Source: Chloroflexota bacterium (GTDB lineage: Bacteria; Chloroflexota; Dehalococcoidia; UBA2979). Taken from it: a stretch of DNA of 64,000 nucleotides. The position numbers and the translations under genes were made by a program. Where the stretch lies: assembly GCA_027593235.1 (NCBI GenBank), contig JAQCIU010000004.1, positions 1-64,000 of the forward strand. The letters run 5' to 3'. Positions 50,018 through 59,334 of the stretch are shown piece by piece (the first letter of the stretch is position 1; every line of letters begins with the position of its first letter). The notes under the pieces are model-generated. The model was not told the origin of the DNA, did no database searches, and saw nothing but the letters and a program-made list of their open reading frames with translations.

Positions 50018-51175
50018 ATGGCAGCAGCCGACGACGGGGCCGACGAGGGCCCTCAGATCCACCGTGGCCTGAACGGGGTCTACTTCGACCGCAGCGCGGC
50101 CAGCTTCATCGATGGCCGCGAAGGCATCCTGACCTACCGCGGCTACTCGATTCACGACCTTGCCTCGCAGTCGACCTTCGAGGAGGTCGGCTACCTGCTG
50201 CTCCACGGGGAGCTGCCGAACGCCTCGGAACTCGCCGCCTTCCAGGCGGAGCTGGGCGGCGCACGAGCGCTGCCGGGCGGGGTGATCGACGTGATCCGCA
50301 CGGTCTCCCACGCGCACCCGATGGACGTGCTGCGTACCGCCGTCTCGGCCAGCGCCGCGTTCGATCCCGAGGTTGCCGACAACTCGCACGATGCCACGCT
50401 GCGCAAGGGCGTCCGCCTCACGGCGGCGGTCCCCGCGATGGTCGCGGCGCACCACCGCATCCGCAGCGGTCTCGATCCGGTCGAGGCCGACCCGACGATG
50501 GGTCATGCCGCGAGCTTCCTCTACCAGCTCAAAGGCACGCCCGGTTCAGCCGACGCGATCTCGCTGATCGACAAGGACGCCATCCTCCACGCCGAGCACG
50601 GCTCGAACGCCTCGGCGTTCACGGCACGCGTGGTCGCCGGTACCGATGCCAACCTGCACGCCGCGGTGACCTCGGCGATCGCTGCGCTCTCGGGCCCGGC
50701 GCACGGCGGCGCCGCCGAAAACGTGATGAAGATGGCGCAAGAGATCGAGGAGCCGGAGAACGCGGCGGCCTACGTGAAGGCGCTGCGCAAGAACCGTGAG
50801 CCGGTGATGGGTTTCGGGCACCGTGTCTACCGCACGGAGGACCCGCGAGCGCGCCACATGCGCGAGGGCGTCGAGCGCCTCTCCGCGGAGATGGGCCAGC
50901 CGAAGTGGTACCAGATCCTCGAGGCGACGGTTGAGGCGATGAGCCCGTACGCCCGCCTCGGCGTGAACGTGAACGTCGATTTCTACGCCGGTGTCGTCTA
51001 CTACCTGCTCGGCATCCCGGAGGACATCTTCGTGCCGATCTTCGCGATGGGGCGCGTCCCGGGCTGGGCAGCGCAGGTCCTCGAGCAGTTCGAGCACAAC
51101 ATCCTGATCCGCCCGCTCACCGTCTACAACGGTCCCGACGCGCGCGACTACGTGCCGCTCGCCGCCCGCGGCTAA
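50018..51175 (+). CDS. Citrate synthase / 2-methylcitrate synthase
   Basis: L.YRGY, HPMDVL, HAEH..NAS, GPAHGGA, MGFGHRVY..DPR, NVDFY. Confidence 0.93.
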   Translation: MAAADDGADEGPQIHRGLNGVYFDRSAASFIDGREGILTYRGYSIHDLASQSTFEEVGYLLLHGELPNASELAAFQAELGGARALPGGVIDVIRTVSHAHPMDVLRTAVSASAAFDPEVADNSHDATLRKGVRLTAAVPAMVAAHHRIRSGLDPVEADPTMGHAASFLYQLKGTPGSADAISLIDKDAILHAEHGSNASAFTARVVAGTDANLHAAVTSAIAALSGPAHGGAAENVMKMAQEIEEPENAAAYVKALRKNREPVMGFGHRVYRTEDPRARHMREGVERLSAEMGQPKWYQILEATVEAMSPYARLGVNVNVDFYAGVVYYLLGIPEDIFVPIFAMGRVPGWAAQVLEQFEHNILIRPLTVYNGPDARDYVPLAARG

Positions 51176-51226
51176 GGCGCCGCACTGACCTCGGGCGACG
51201 CGGCCCTCGGGATCGTCGGGACGCGG

Positions 51227-52036
51227 CTAGATCTTGCGGTAGCGGTTCACGGCAGCGGCAGCGGCCACGACGGTGATGAGCGTGCCCCAGGCGAGCGTCT
51301 TCCAGACGTCGGCGCTGTCCACGTTACCGAGGGCCAGCCCTCGGACGGCGTCGACGGCGATCGTGACCGGGTTCTCGCCAGCAAACCCTCGGACGATCGG
51401 GTTCATCGATTCGACCGGGACGAACGCTGAGCTGATGAAGGTCAGTGGGAAGAGCCAGAGGAAGCCGGCGCTCTGCATCGTTTCGACATTGCGAATCCAG
51501 ACGCCGAGGGTTGCCGAGACCCACATGAACGGCACCGCGAAGAACAGCGCCAATAGCGGCACCGCGATCGCCTCAAGCAGCGTCCCGTGGAATCGGAAGC
51601 CAATCAGGAACCCAACGCCGAGCATGAGGAGGACGCCGAATCCGATCGTGACCGTGTCCGCAAGGATCCTGCCGGCGACGACGGCGATCCGTGACATCGG
51701 CAGCGACCGGTAGCGGTCGACCATTCCCTGGTTCAGGTCTTCGGCGAGGCCCATCCCCGTGTTCATCGCGCTGAAGAGCACCGTCTGCACCATCACGCCG
51801 GGGATCAGGAAGTCCGCGTAGTTGTCCGTGGCGGTTGCGATCGCGCCGCCGAAGACGTAGTTGAACAGCAGGATGAACATCACCGGTTGGATCGCCGCGA
51901 AGACGATGTAGTCGAAGCGGCGGCTCATCCGCTTCAGGTTCCGTTGCGCCATCAACAGCGAGTCGGTGATCGCCCAGCGGACGCCCGACAGCGCCGGCGC
52001 GGGCGCGGCGGCGGCAGCTCGTTCAGTGGTGGTCAT
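51227..52036 (-). CDS. ABC-2 exporter permease (DrrB-like)
   Basis: QPVMFILLF.YVFGG, PGVMVQ, G.VDR.RSLP, SSAFVP, NPVT. Confidence 0.92.
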   Translation of the reverse strand: MTTTERAAAAAPAPALSGVRWAITDSLLMAQRNLKRMSRRFDYIVFAAIQPVMFILLFNYVFGGAIATATDNYADFLIPGVMVQTVLFSAMNTGMGLAEDLNQGMVDRYRSLPMSRIAVVAGRILADTVTIGFGVLLMLGVGFLIGFRFHGTLLEAIAVPLLALFFAVPFMWVSATLGVWIRNVETMQSAGFLWLFPLTFISSAFVPVESMNPIVRGFAGENPVTIAVDAVRGLALGNVDSADVWKTLAWGTLITVVAAAAAVNRYRKI

Positions 52037-53160
52037 GCCGCACCCCCTCCGCCAGCCGCGTTCGTTCTTGTCGAGGCCGCCTCGCCATTGGTGGGCTCCT
52101 CGGCGTGATGGCCGGTCAGCACCATGAAGACGTCGTCCAGCGTCGGCTGGCGCAGCCCGATGTCGGCAACGCCGACACCGGCTGCTTCCAGTTCGCGAAC
52201 GGCCTGGACGATGAGCGATGAGCCGTGCGCGGTCCCGACGGAAACACGCAGCGCGGCCTCGTCGACCTGCGGTTCCTGGTCGGAGAGGCGGCTGAGCACG
52301 GCCGCGGCGTCCGCGAGTTGCGAGGCGACCTCGACGTGGACCGCGAGCACCGCCTGTGCGCTCTGCTGCTTCAGTTCGTCGGCGGTCCCTTCCGCTAGCA
52401 CGCGACCGTGGTCGATCACGGTGATGCGATCGGCGAGCGCGTCGGCTTCCTCGAGGTACTGCGTCGTCAGAAGCACGGTCGTGCCTTCGCTGACGAGCGT
52501 CTTGATCACCTCCCAGAGCCCCACGCGACTCCGCGGATCGAGGCCAGTCGTCGGTTCGTCAAGAAACAGCACCGGAGGCTGCGAGATCAGGCTTGCGGCC
52601 AGGTCGAGCCGGCGGCGCATGCCGCCGGAGTAGGTGCGTGCCTGCCGGTCAGCGGCATCGACCAGGTCGAAGCGTTCGAGGAGCTGGATCGCGCGTCGCC
52701 GCGCCTCGGGCTTCGGGAGGTGGTAGAGGCGAGCGACCAGCTCGAGGTTCTCGCGACCGGTCAGGTAGTCGTCCACGGCGGCGCTCTGACCAGCGAGGCC
52801 GATCACATGGCGGAGCTGGTCCGCTTCGCGAACGACGTCGTAACCGGCGACGACGGCATGTCCCGAGTCTGGCGTCATCAGCGTCGTCAGGATCCGGACC
52901 AGCGTCGTCTTGCCGGCGCCGTTCGGGCCGAGCAGCCCGAGGACGGTCCCCGGCTCCACGCGCAGGTCCACGCCATCGAGGGCGACCACCTTGCCGAAGC
53001 GCTTGTGGACGCCCTCGACCAGCACCGCCGCACCGCTGTCGCGCGCCGCGGTCTGGGTTGAGGACCGGGACGCGGTCGTGTCATCGCCGTTCGAAATAAT
53101 GTTGAGATCCTGTCCTGTCGCTGTTCCATCGTGAGCACCAGAACAAGTAGACGCCACCAC
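52033..53160 (-). CDS. ABC exporter ATP-binding protein (DrrA-like; start uncertain)
   Basis: GPNGAGKTT, YSGGMRRRL, LFLDEPTTGLDP, LTTQYLEEAD, PTLDDVF. Confidence 0.94.
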   Translation of the reverse strand: MVASTCSGAHDGTATGQDLNIISNGDDTTASRSSTQTAARDSGAAVLVEGVHKRFGKVVALDGVDLRVEPGTVLGLLGPNGAGKTTLVRILTTLMTPDSGHAVVAGYDVVREADQLRHVIGLAGQSAAVDDYLTGRENLELVARLYHLPKPEARRRAIQLLERFDLVDAADRQARTYSGGMRRRLDLAASLISQPPVLFLDEPTTGLDPRSRVGLWEVIKTLVSEGTTVLLTTQYLEEADALADRITVIDHGRVLAEGTADELKQQSAQAVLAVHVEVASQLADAAAVLSRLSDQEPQVDEAALRVSVGTAHGSSLIVQAVRELEAAGVGVADIGLRQPTLDDVFMVLTGHHAEEPTNGEAASTRTNAAGGGGAA

Positions 53161-53178
53161 CTGATCGAGCAGGTTGAC

Positions 53179-53511
53179 CTAGCCGCGCGTCCGTTCGAGG
53201 TGATCGCGCAGCCGATCGAGGCGTGCGTCCCAGGTCGCACCCGCGCGCTCGAGCCAACCCGCGGCTTCCGCGAGGACATCCGCGCGCAGACGGTAGATCA
53301 CCGCCCGGCCCTGCGGCTCGCTGGCGATCAGCCCTGCCTCCGTGAGCACCGCGATGTGCTTGCTCACCCCCTGGCGGGTGATCGGCAGTCGTTCGGCAAG
53401 CGCGGTCGCGGTCGCGCCGTCGCCCTCCCCATCACCGAGCAGCCGCAGCACCTCGAGGCGCGTCGGGTCGCCGAGGGCGCGAAAGACGGCGCTCGCCTCG
53501 GTGGCGTTCAT
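53179..53511 (-). CDS. ArsR/SmtB family transcriptional regulator
   Basis: FRALGDPTR, ITRQGVSKH..L..AGL, WDARLDRL. Confidence 0.9.
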   Translation of the reverse strand: MNATEASAVFRALGDPTRLEVLRLLGDGEGDGATATALAERLPITRQGVSKHIAVLTEAGLIASEPQGRAVIYRLRADVLAEAAGWLERAGATWDARLDRLRDHLERTRG

Positions 53512-53969
53512 GGCAGGCGGGACTTCTCGCCGGTTGCGAGGTAGTGGCGAAGCCAGGCGAGCACGGTGTCCCAGCCGGCCTGATTCTCGTGAAGGCTGCG
53601 CTCAGCGAGCGCGCCCGGCAGCGCAGCGAAGCCGGTTTCCCGCAGCTTCAGCAGCGTGCCGTGCGGATGGTCTTCGAGGCGAAATTCGATCTGCGTGGTC
53701 AGGTCTGGCGGGACCTCCCCGCCACCCTCGTGGTACTCGAACGGCCGCCACGTCGTGACAAAGCGCTCCTCCGGCTCGACCGCAACGACCGTCGCATGGC
53801 TCACGCCGTGCTCAGATCCGAAGTCGATCACCATCGCGCCGCCGGGGCGCAGATCCACCTCCGCCGCATCGCACCACCAACCGGCCAGTCCCTCTGCTGT
53901 CGTCGGTGCGGCCCACACCTCGGAGCGGGTCGCCCGAAAGATCATTTCGCGCTCGATCGAGTCCTGCAC
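53508..53969 (-). CDS. SRPBCC (AHSA1/START-like) domain protein
   Basis: IEREM..VW..GW..DLRPGG..VEP..W..GT.L.LRE.GF..GW. Confidence 0.88.
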   Translation of the reverse strand: MQDSIEREMIFRATRSEVWAAPTTAEGLAGWWCDAAEVDLRPGGAMVIDFGSEHGVSHATVVAVEPEERFVTTWRPFEYHEGGGEVPPDLTTQIEFRLEDHPHGTLLKLRETGFAALPGALAERSLHENQAGWDTVLAWLRHYLATGEKSRLP

Positions 53970-53994
53970 TGCCGTCGTCCGTTCCCCGTCGATC

Positions 53995-54035
53995 GCAACT
54001 TTCTGGTTGCGCATTTATAGCAACTCATCAGTTGC
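53995..54035. promoter_or_regulatory. Tandem palindromic operators GCAAC-N6-GTTGC
   Basis: GCAAC-TTTCTG-GTTGC at 53995-54010 and GCAAC-TCATCA-GTTGC at 54020-54035 in an AT-richer divergent promoter region. Confidence 0.7.
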
Positions 54036-54111
54036 GATACAAGTGAACGGTGCGTCGCCGTACGATGAGGCGCGCCATGCATGGGACCGCCGATCCGGCC
54101 AGGGAACAACG

Positions 54112-54570
54112 ATGGACCAGTCCGCACTGAGCTTCCGCGACGCGACCGTCCAGGACCTTCCAACGATCGTTCGGCTGATCCACCAAGACTCGATGAGCCA
54201 CGACCTCGGGGACGGCGTCGACGAAGGCACTTCGCTGCGCGCGTTCGACGCGATCGAGGCGGACCCCAACAATCGTCTGATCGTCGCTGAGCGGGACGGC
54301 GACCTCATCGGCACGATGCAACTGACACTGATCCCGGTCCTGACGCTGCGCGGCGGGCGTGTCCTCCAGATCGAGAGCGTGCGGGTCGACGGACAGCGCC
54401 GGAGCGGCGGGATCGGCCGCCAGATGATCGAGTCGGCAATCGAATACGGGCGCGCGGAGGGCTGCTCGCTCGCGCAGCTCTCCTCGAACAGCGCGCGCAC
54501 TCGGGCCCATGCCTTCTACCTCGGACTGGGCTTTGCGCAGTCGCACACCGGTTTCAAGCTGAGGATCTGA
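54112..54570 (+). CDS. GNAT family N-acetyltransferase
   Basis: IESVRVD..RSGGIGR, AHAFY..LGF..SH.GFK. Confidence 0.9.
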   Translation: MDQSALSFRDATVQDLPTIVRLIHQDSMSHDLGDGVDEGTSLRAFDAIEADPNNRLIVAERDGDLIGTMQLTLIPVLTLRGGRVLQIESVRVDGQRRSGGIGRQMIESAIEYGRAEGCSLAQLSSNSARTRAHAFYLGLGFAQSHTGFKLRI

Positions 54571-54571
54571 C

Positions 54572-55195
54572 GTGCCACTGGTCCCCACCCTCAAAGCCGC
54601 CGCCGTCGATCGAGGTCTGATCGCCGCCGATCAGCCTGTCGACGCCGCGACCGCATTCGCGTTGGTGCGGGACATGCCGTACCGACGGGCCAGCTCGCGC
54701 GAGCCCGCGGTAACGATCGCCGAGTGGCGCGGCACCTGCTCCGGCAAGCACATCCTGCTGCACGCACTGCTCGAGGAGCTGGGACTGGCAGCCACGATGA
54801 TCCTCGCGCCGCACGAGTTCACCGAGGAGAACTCGCCCTGGCTCCCTCCCGCGCTGCGGGAGCGGGTCCGCCGCGCGCCGATCCACGATGTCCACAACTT
54901 CCTCCGCGTTCGGCCCGACATCGACGCTGACTGGATGACGGTCGACGCGACATGGCCGCTCGGCGCGTTGGACCTCGGGCTCCCCGCCAATGCGGAGTTC
55001 ATCGCCGGCATCGACATGCAACTGGCCGCGGACCCGATCGAGATCCATCATGTGCCGCCAGACGCCGATCCGATGACCCTGAAGCAACGCATCCTCGCGG
55101 ATCTCCCGTCCGACGAACTCGCGCGCCGTGAGACGTTCCTCGCTGATCTGATCGACTGGCTGGGTCGAGCGCTACCGGACACCGGCTCTGTGTAG
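54572..55195 (+). CDS. Transglutaminase-like protein
   Basis: GTCSGKH..L..LG, VHNFL, W..VDATWP: Cys-His-Asp triad. Confidence 0.65.
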   Translation: MPLVPTLKAAAVDRGLIAADQPVDAATAFALVRDMPYRRASSREPAVTIAEWRGTCSGKHILLHALLEELGLAATMILAPHEFTEENSPWLPPALRERVRRAPIHDVHNFLRVRPDIDADWMTVDATWPLGALDLGLPANAEFIAGIDMQLAADPIEIHHVPPDADPMTLKQRILADLPSDELARRETFLADLIDWLGRALPDTGSV

Positions 55196-55230
55196 TCGCA
55201 CGAGCGCGCACGTTCGCTAGGATGGCCGGT

Positions 55231-55536
55231 ATGAAGCCGCTCACGCTCCGCCAAACCCTCGCCTGGTCCGTCATCCTCGCGATCGCCTGGGTGGTGATCC
55301 AGATCCTGACCTCCGACGAGCGTGATCCGATCACGCTCGCCTCCACGGGCGGCTTCTTCTTCGTTGTCGCGTTCTTCTCGATGCGGCTCAGTGCTCAGGT
55401 CAGCGCGTGGGGTCAGCGCCGCTTTGCGAAGCCGCTGCCACCACCGCCCGAACCGGTCGCGGCGACGACCGATCGGCCCGACCATGTGCAACGGCGACGA
55501 CAGAAGCGGCGACGACGCACCGAACGGCGTCAGTAG
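55231..55536 (+). CDS. Small hypothetical membrane protein
   Basis: Two TM helices, Pro-rich then Arg-rich tail; TAGGAT 7 nt upstream of ATG 55231. Confidence 0.6.
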   Translation: MKPLTLRQTLAWSVILAIAWVVIQILTSDERDPITLASTGGFFFVVAFFSMRLSAQVSAWGQRRFAKPLPPPPEPVAATTDRPDHVQRRRQKRRRRTERRQ

Positions 55537-55573
55537 CCGGCGCGATCGGGCGCAGCGACCGAGGGCCAGCGCG

Positions 55574-56704
55574 CTAGTCGCACGCCTCGACGATTGCCGC
55601 CGCCATCTGCTCCGTGCGGAGTTGCACGGTCAGCGGGTCCTGCAAGCCATTCGTCACATAGGCCACCGCCAGCCCGCGCCGCGGATCGGCGTAGCCGATC
55701 ACGCACTGCTGCCCCGTGTGACCGAAGACGTCCGGTTCGTTGAACGGCGCGAAGGCGCCGCCTACCAGGAAGCCCAACCCGTACGAGGACGGCAGGTGAC
55801 TGGTGCGATCGAAGTCCGCGGTGTGCTGGACCTGCGTGGCCGCGCGCACCAACTCCGGAGGCAACGGACAGACGCCCGCGTATGCGGTGGAGCCGCTCCA
55901 ACGGCGCTCCAGCATGGCGTAGAAGCGGGCCAGCGCTTCGGCGGTACCAACCGCGTTCGCCGCGGGTAGTTCCGCGCGCAACGTCGAGGGCAGGCGGAAC
56001 CGCTCGACGATCTCGCTCGTCCGCCGTTCGGTCCCGTCGGGGTCATCGAAACTGGACTCCGACATCGCGACCGGGAGCACGACGCGCGCCATCGCCTCGG
56101 CGTCGGTCACACCCAGAGTGGTCTGCATCCCCAGCGGCTCGAAGATCTCGCTGCGCATGAACTCTCGCGGCCGGCGGCCGTCCACGCGGCGGATCAATTC
56201 GCCGAGCGCGGTGCCGAAGGTCACCGGGTGGTAGCCGGTATCCGTTCCGGGCTCCCAGTCGGCGGTCATCCCCGCCGTCAACTCCGCGACCGCGTTCCAG
56301 TCGTCGATTCGCTCCCAGGAGTAATCGTGGGGAAACACGGGGAATCCACCCTGGTGGGTGAGCACGTGACGGATCGTGCAGGCCCCTTTGCCGCCCGATC
56401 CGAATTCGGGCCAGACCTCGACGAGCGGCATATCGAGCGAGATCTGCTCACGGGCGACCAACGCGAGGGCCGCGACCGCCGTGAGCGGTTTGGTCGCGGA
56501 GAAGTAGAGCAGCCGGTCATCCTCGTGTGAGGCGTTCCCGACACGAAAATCGAGCTGCACTTCGCCATCTCGATAGACGGCGAGCTGGGCGCCGGTGTGC
56601 CACCCGCGCTGGAGGTGCTCCCGCGCCAGATCCTGGATCGCGTGCCGGCCCGGCGCCGACAGCCCTCGCGTTTTCGCGGCTCGGCCCTTCGGTCCTCGTG
56701 CCAT
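55574..56704 (-). CDS. Serine hydrolase, beta-lactamase family (EstA-like)
   Basis: FSATK SxxK, LTHQGG, WEPG..GYH, FGHTG. Confidence 0.9.
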   Translation of the reverse strand: MARGPKGRAAKTRGLSAPGRHAIQDLAREHLQRGWHTGAQLAVYRDGEVQLDFRVGNASHEDDRLLYFSATKPLTAVAALALVAREQISLDMPLVEVWPEFGSGGKGACTIRHVLTHQGGFPVFPHDYSWERIDDWNAVAELTAGMTADWEPGTDTGYHPVTFGTALGELIRRVDGRRPREFMRSEIFEPLGMQTTLGVTDAEAMARVVLPVAMSESSFDDPDGTERRTSEIVERFRLPSTLRAELPAANAVGTAEALARFYAMLERRWSGSTAYAGVCPLPPELVRAATQVQHTADFDRTSHLPSSYGLGFLVGGAFAPFNEPDVFGHTGQQCVIGYADPRRGLAVAYVTNGLQDPLTVQLRTEQMAAAIVEACD

Positions 56705-56734
56705 CGACTGCCTCCCCCTCGGGGTGACAAGCGG

Positions 56735-57721
56735 TTAGTGATCGTGCCTCAAGACAATCTTGCCGAAGTTGGCGTTCGTTTCCATGTAGCGGTGGGCATC
56801 CGCGACCTCGACCAGCGGGAAGACCCGATCGACGACCGGACTCACCGTCTCGTTCTGGAACAGCGGCAGCACCCGGGCCACGAACTGCTGCGTCAGCGCG
56901 GCCTTCTCTTCAAGCGGTCGCGCGCGCAGGACGGTGCCGTGGACGCGCAGCCGCTTGCCCATCAGCGCGCCGAGGTTCACCTCGAGCTTGGCGCCGCCCA
57001 TCGTCCCGACAATCACCATCCGTCCGCGCACAGCGAGCGAGCGGAGGTTCTGTTCCCAGTACTGGGCGCCGATCACGTCCAGCACTACCTGCACGCCCGC
57101 GCCCTCGGTGCGTTCCGTGATGACATCGGCGAAATCGGCGTCGTGGTAGTTGATGCCGACGTTGAGCCCCAGCTCAGCCGCGCGTTCCAGCTTGTCGTCG
57201 CTGCCGGCCGTGCCGAACACGCGGCAACCCTGCGCGGCGGCGAGCTGAATCCCGGCCGTGCCGACCCCGGAACCGGCCGCGTGGATCAGCACGCGCTCAC
57301 CCATCGCCAGCTCACACTGCACGAAGAGCGCGTCGTAAGCGGTGAGGAACACCTCCGGAATCGAGGCGGCGTCGTCCAACTCGATGTTCGGCGGCACCGG
57401 CATCAGCAACCGCTCGTGCACCGCGACTTTCGAGGCATAACCGCCACCACCGAGGAGTGCCATCACCCGATCGCCGGGCTTCCAGGCGCTGACCCGGTCG
57501 CCGACCGCTTCGACGATCCCGGCCATCTCCAGCCCCGGAATGTCGTCGCGAGTTCCTACCGGCCCGGAGTAGCGACCCATCCGTTGCAGGAGGTCGGCGC
57601 GGTTCAACGCCGTCGCATGGACGGACACCAACGCATCTTCCGGACCGAACGTGGGGTCGGCGACCTCCTGGATCGCGAAGACCTCTGGACCGCCCGGTTC
57701 GGTGATCACCGCCGCCTGCAT
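56735..57721 (-). CDS. NAD(P)H-quinone oxidoreductase (PIG3-like)
   Basis: LNRADLLQR.G.Y, PGLE, PEVFLTA, IHAAGSGVG, GKIVL. Confidence 0.93.
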   Translation of the reverse strand: MQAAVITEPGGPEVFAIQEVADPTFGPEDALVSVHATALNRADLLQRMGRYSGPVGTRDDIPGLEMAGIVEAVGDRVSAWKPGDRVMALLGGGGYASKVAVHERLLMPVPPNIELDDAASIPEVFLTAYDALFVQCELAMGERVLIHAAGSGVGTAGIQLAAAQGCRVFGTAGSDDKLERAAELGLNVGINYHDADFADVITERTEGAGVQVVLDVIGAQYWEQNLRSLAVRGRMVIVGTMGGAKLEVNLGALMGKRLRVHGTVLRARPLEEKAALTQQFVARVLPLFQNETVSPVVDRVFPLVEVADAHRYMETNANFGKIVLRHDH

Positions 57722-57835
57722 GCTGCCTCCGTTGCGCGTGCCGCGCCAGGTCGGGCCGGCGTGTGCGGCATCCTAGCACCCCTGTCCGGGGACCTATACT
57801 CGGGCCCAGACGCGCTCCGCAGCACGAGGTCACCG

Positions 57836-59227
57836 ATGCACGACACCACTACTGAGGCGGGCCCGACGCGCCAGCTTGCCGCGTTCATCGTGGACGCCTC
57901 CGTGCCCCCCGCGGTGCGCGACACCGCGCGTCGCTACCTGCTGGACTGGCTCGGCTCCACGCTCGCCGGTGGCGAAATGCGCTCGCCCGCGATGGTGCGC
58001 GCGGTCGTCTCCAGCCTCGGTGGAAACGCCCAGGCCACGATCCTGGCGACCGGCGAACGCACCTCGGCACCGCTCGCCGCGCTGGCAAACGCCGCCGCTT
58101 CGCACGTGCTGGAGATGGACGACCTCGATCCCGGCTCGATCTATCACCCCGCCGCCCCGACCGTGTCGGCCGCGCTCGCGGTCGCCGAGCACCTCGAGGC
58201 CGATGGCGACGCGCTCCTCGATGCAATTGCGATCGGATACGAGGTGGGCATTCGCGTCGGCGAGGCACTCGGCCCCAGCCACTACGAGCACTGGCACACC
58301 ACCGGCACCGCCGGGACGTTCGGCGCGGCAGCGGCTGCCGCGCGACTGCACGGCCTCGACGCGGAGCAGACACTGCACGCCCTCGGCAGTGCGGGCACCA
58401 CGACCGCCGGTCTCTGGGAGTTCCTCAGCGACGGCGCAATGTCGAAGCAACTCCACCCCGCGAAGGCAGCGCACGATGGCATCCTCGCGGTGCTGCTCGC
58501 TCGCGAGGGGTTCACGGCGGCGACGCGCATCCTCGAGGGCCGCAAGGGCCTGCTCGCCGCGATGTCGACGGCGCCGCTTCCGGATCGACTGACCGACGGA
58601 CTGAGCGCGGAGATGCCGCACTGGCGCATCGATGGCGTCGCGTTCAAGGTCCACGCCGCCTGCCGTCACACCCACTCGGCCGTCGACGCTGCACTGCGGC
58701 TGCGCGCCGATCACGCGCTCGATATCGCCTCGATCGAACGCGTGCAAGTCCGGATCTACGAGCAGGCGCTTGGGCTCCTCGACGGCATGGAACCGACGAC
58801 GCCGTACGCGGCGAAGTTCTCGCTCCCGTTCTGCATCGCCAGTGCGCTGCGCTTCGGCGACCTCGGGCCGGACCGTTTCAGCGACTCGACGATCCTCGAG
58901 GCCTCGACGCTCGCCCTCGCCGATCGCGTCTCGTTCGAGACCGACCCGCTGCTTGACGCCTGCTATCCCGCCTCCTGGCCGAGCGTGGTCACGGTCACGC
59001 GGACTGATGGTTCCGAGGTCAGCGCGCGCGTCGATCACCCGGCGGGCGACATCGAGGCCGGCGTGGAGAACGGCGATCTCGCGGCGAAGTTCGCCCGGAT
59101 GACCACCTCACGATTCGGCGACGATGCGATCGCCCTCGCCAACCGCGTGTTGACGGCGAAGCCCGCGCTGAGCGCCGCGACCATCGCGGACGCGTCACGC
59201 GCCGGCGATCCGGTGGCCATTGGTTAG
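57836..59227 (+). CDS. MmgE/PrpD family protein
   Basis: SHVLEMDD..HP, GYEV, WHTTGT.G, K.LH, K.HA.C..H, KFS.P. Confidence 0.9.
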   Translation: MHDTTTEAGPTRQLAAFIVDASVPPAVRDTARRYLLDWLGSTLAGGEMRSPAMVRAVVSSLGGNAQATILATGERTSAPLAALANAAASHVLEMDDLDPGSIYHPAAPTVSAALAVAEHLEADGDALLDAIAIGYEVGIRVGEALGPSHYEHWHTTGTAGTFGAAAAAARLHGLDAEQTLHALGSAGTTTAGLWEFLSDGAMSKQLHPAKAAHDGILAVLLAREGFTAATRILEGRKGLLAAMSTAPLPDRLTDGLSAEMPHWRIDGVAFKVHAACRHTHSAVDAALRLRADHALDIASIERVQVRIYEQALGLLDGMEPTTPYAAKFSLPFCIASALRFGDLGPDRFSDSTILEASTLALADRVSFETDPLLDACYPASWPSVVTVTRTDGSEVSARVDHPAGDIEAGVENGDLAAKFARMTTSRFGDDAIALANRVLTAKPALSAATIADASRAGDPVAIG

Positions 59228-59334
59228 CCGGCGGTAGTGCTCGTGGCAGTCGAGCCACCTCGGACGAACGGGATGGCGTCCTACAGAACCCTGCGACGCG
59301 CGATGCTAGGATCGCTGCGGGCGAGGGAGGCCGG

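Noticed and set aside
56597-57835. Apparent 876-aa fusion containing the PrpD domain (similarly the 595-aa ADH ORF and 773-aa AOR ORF)
   Set aside because: The N-terminal extensions overlap other real genes; plausible starts lie at 57836, 27198 and 24010
50018-59227. Methylcitrate cycle operon (citrate synthase plus MmgE/PrpD)
   Set aside because: The genes are about 6.7 kb apart with unrelated genes between them, no prpB is present, and MmgE/PrpD paralogs have diverse substrates
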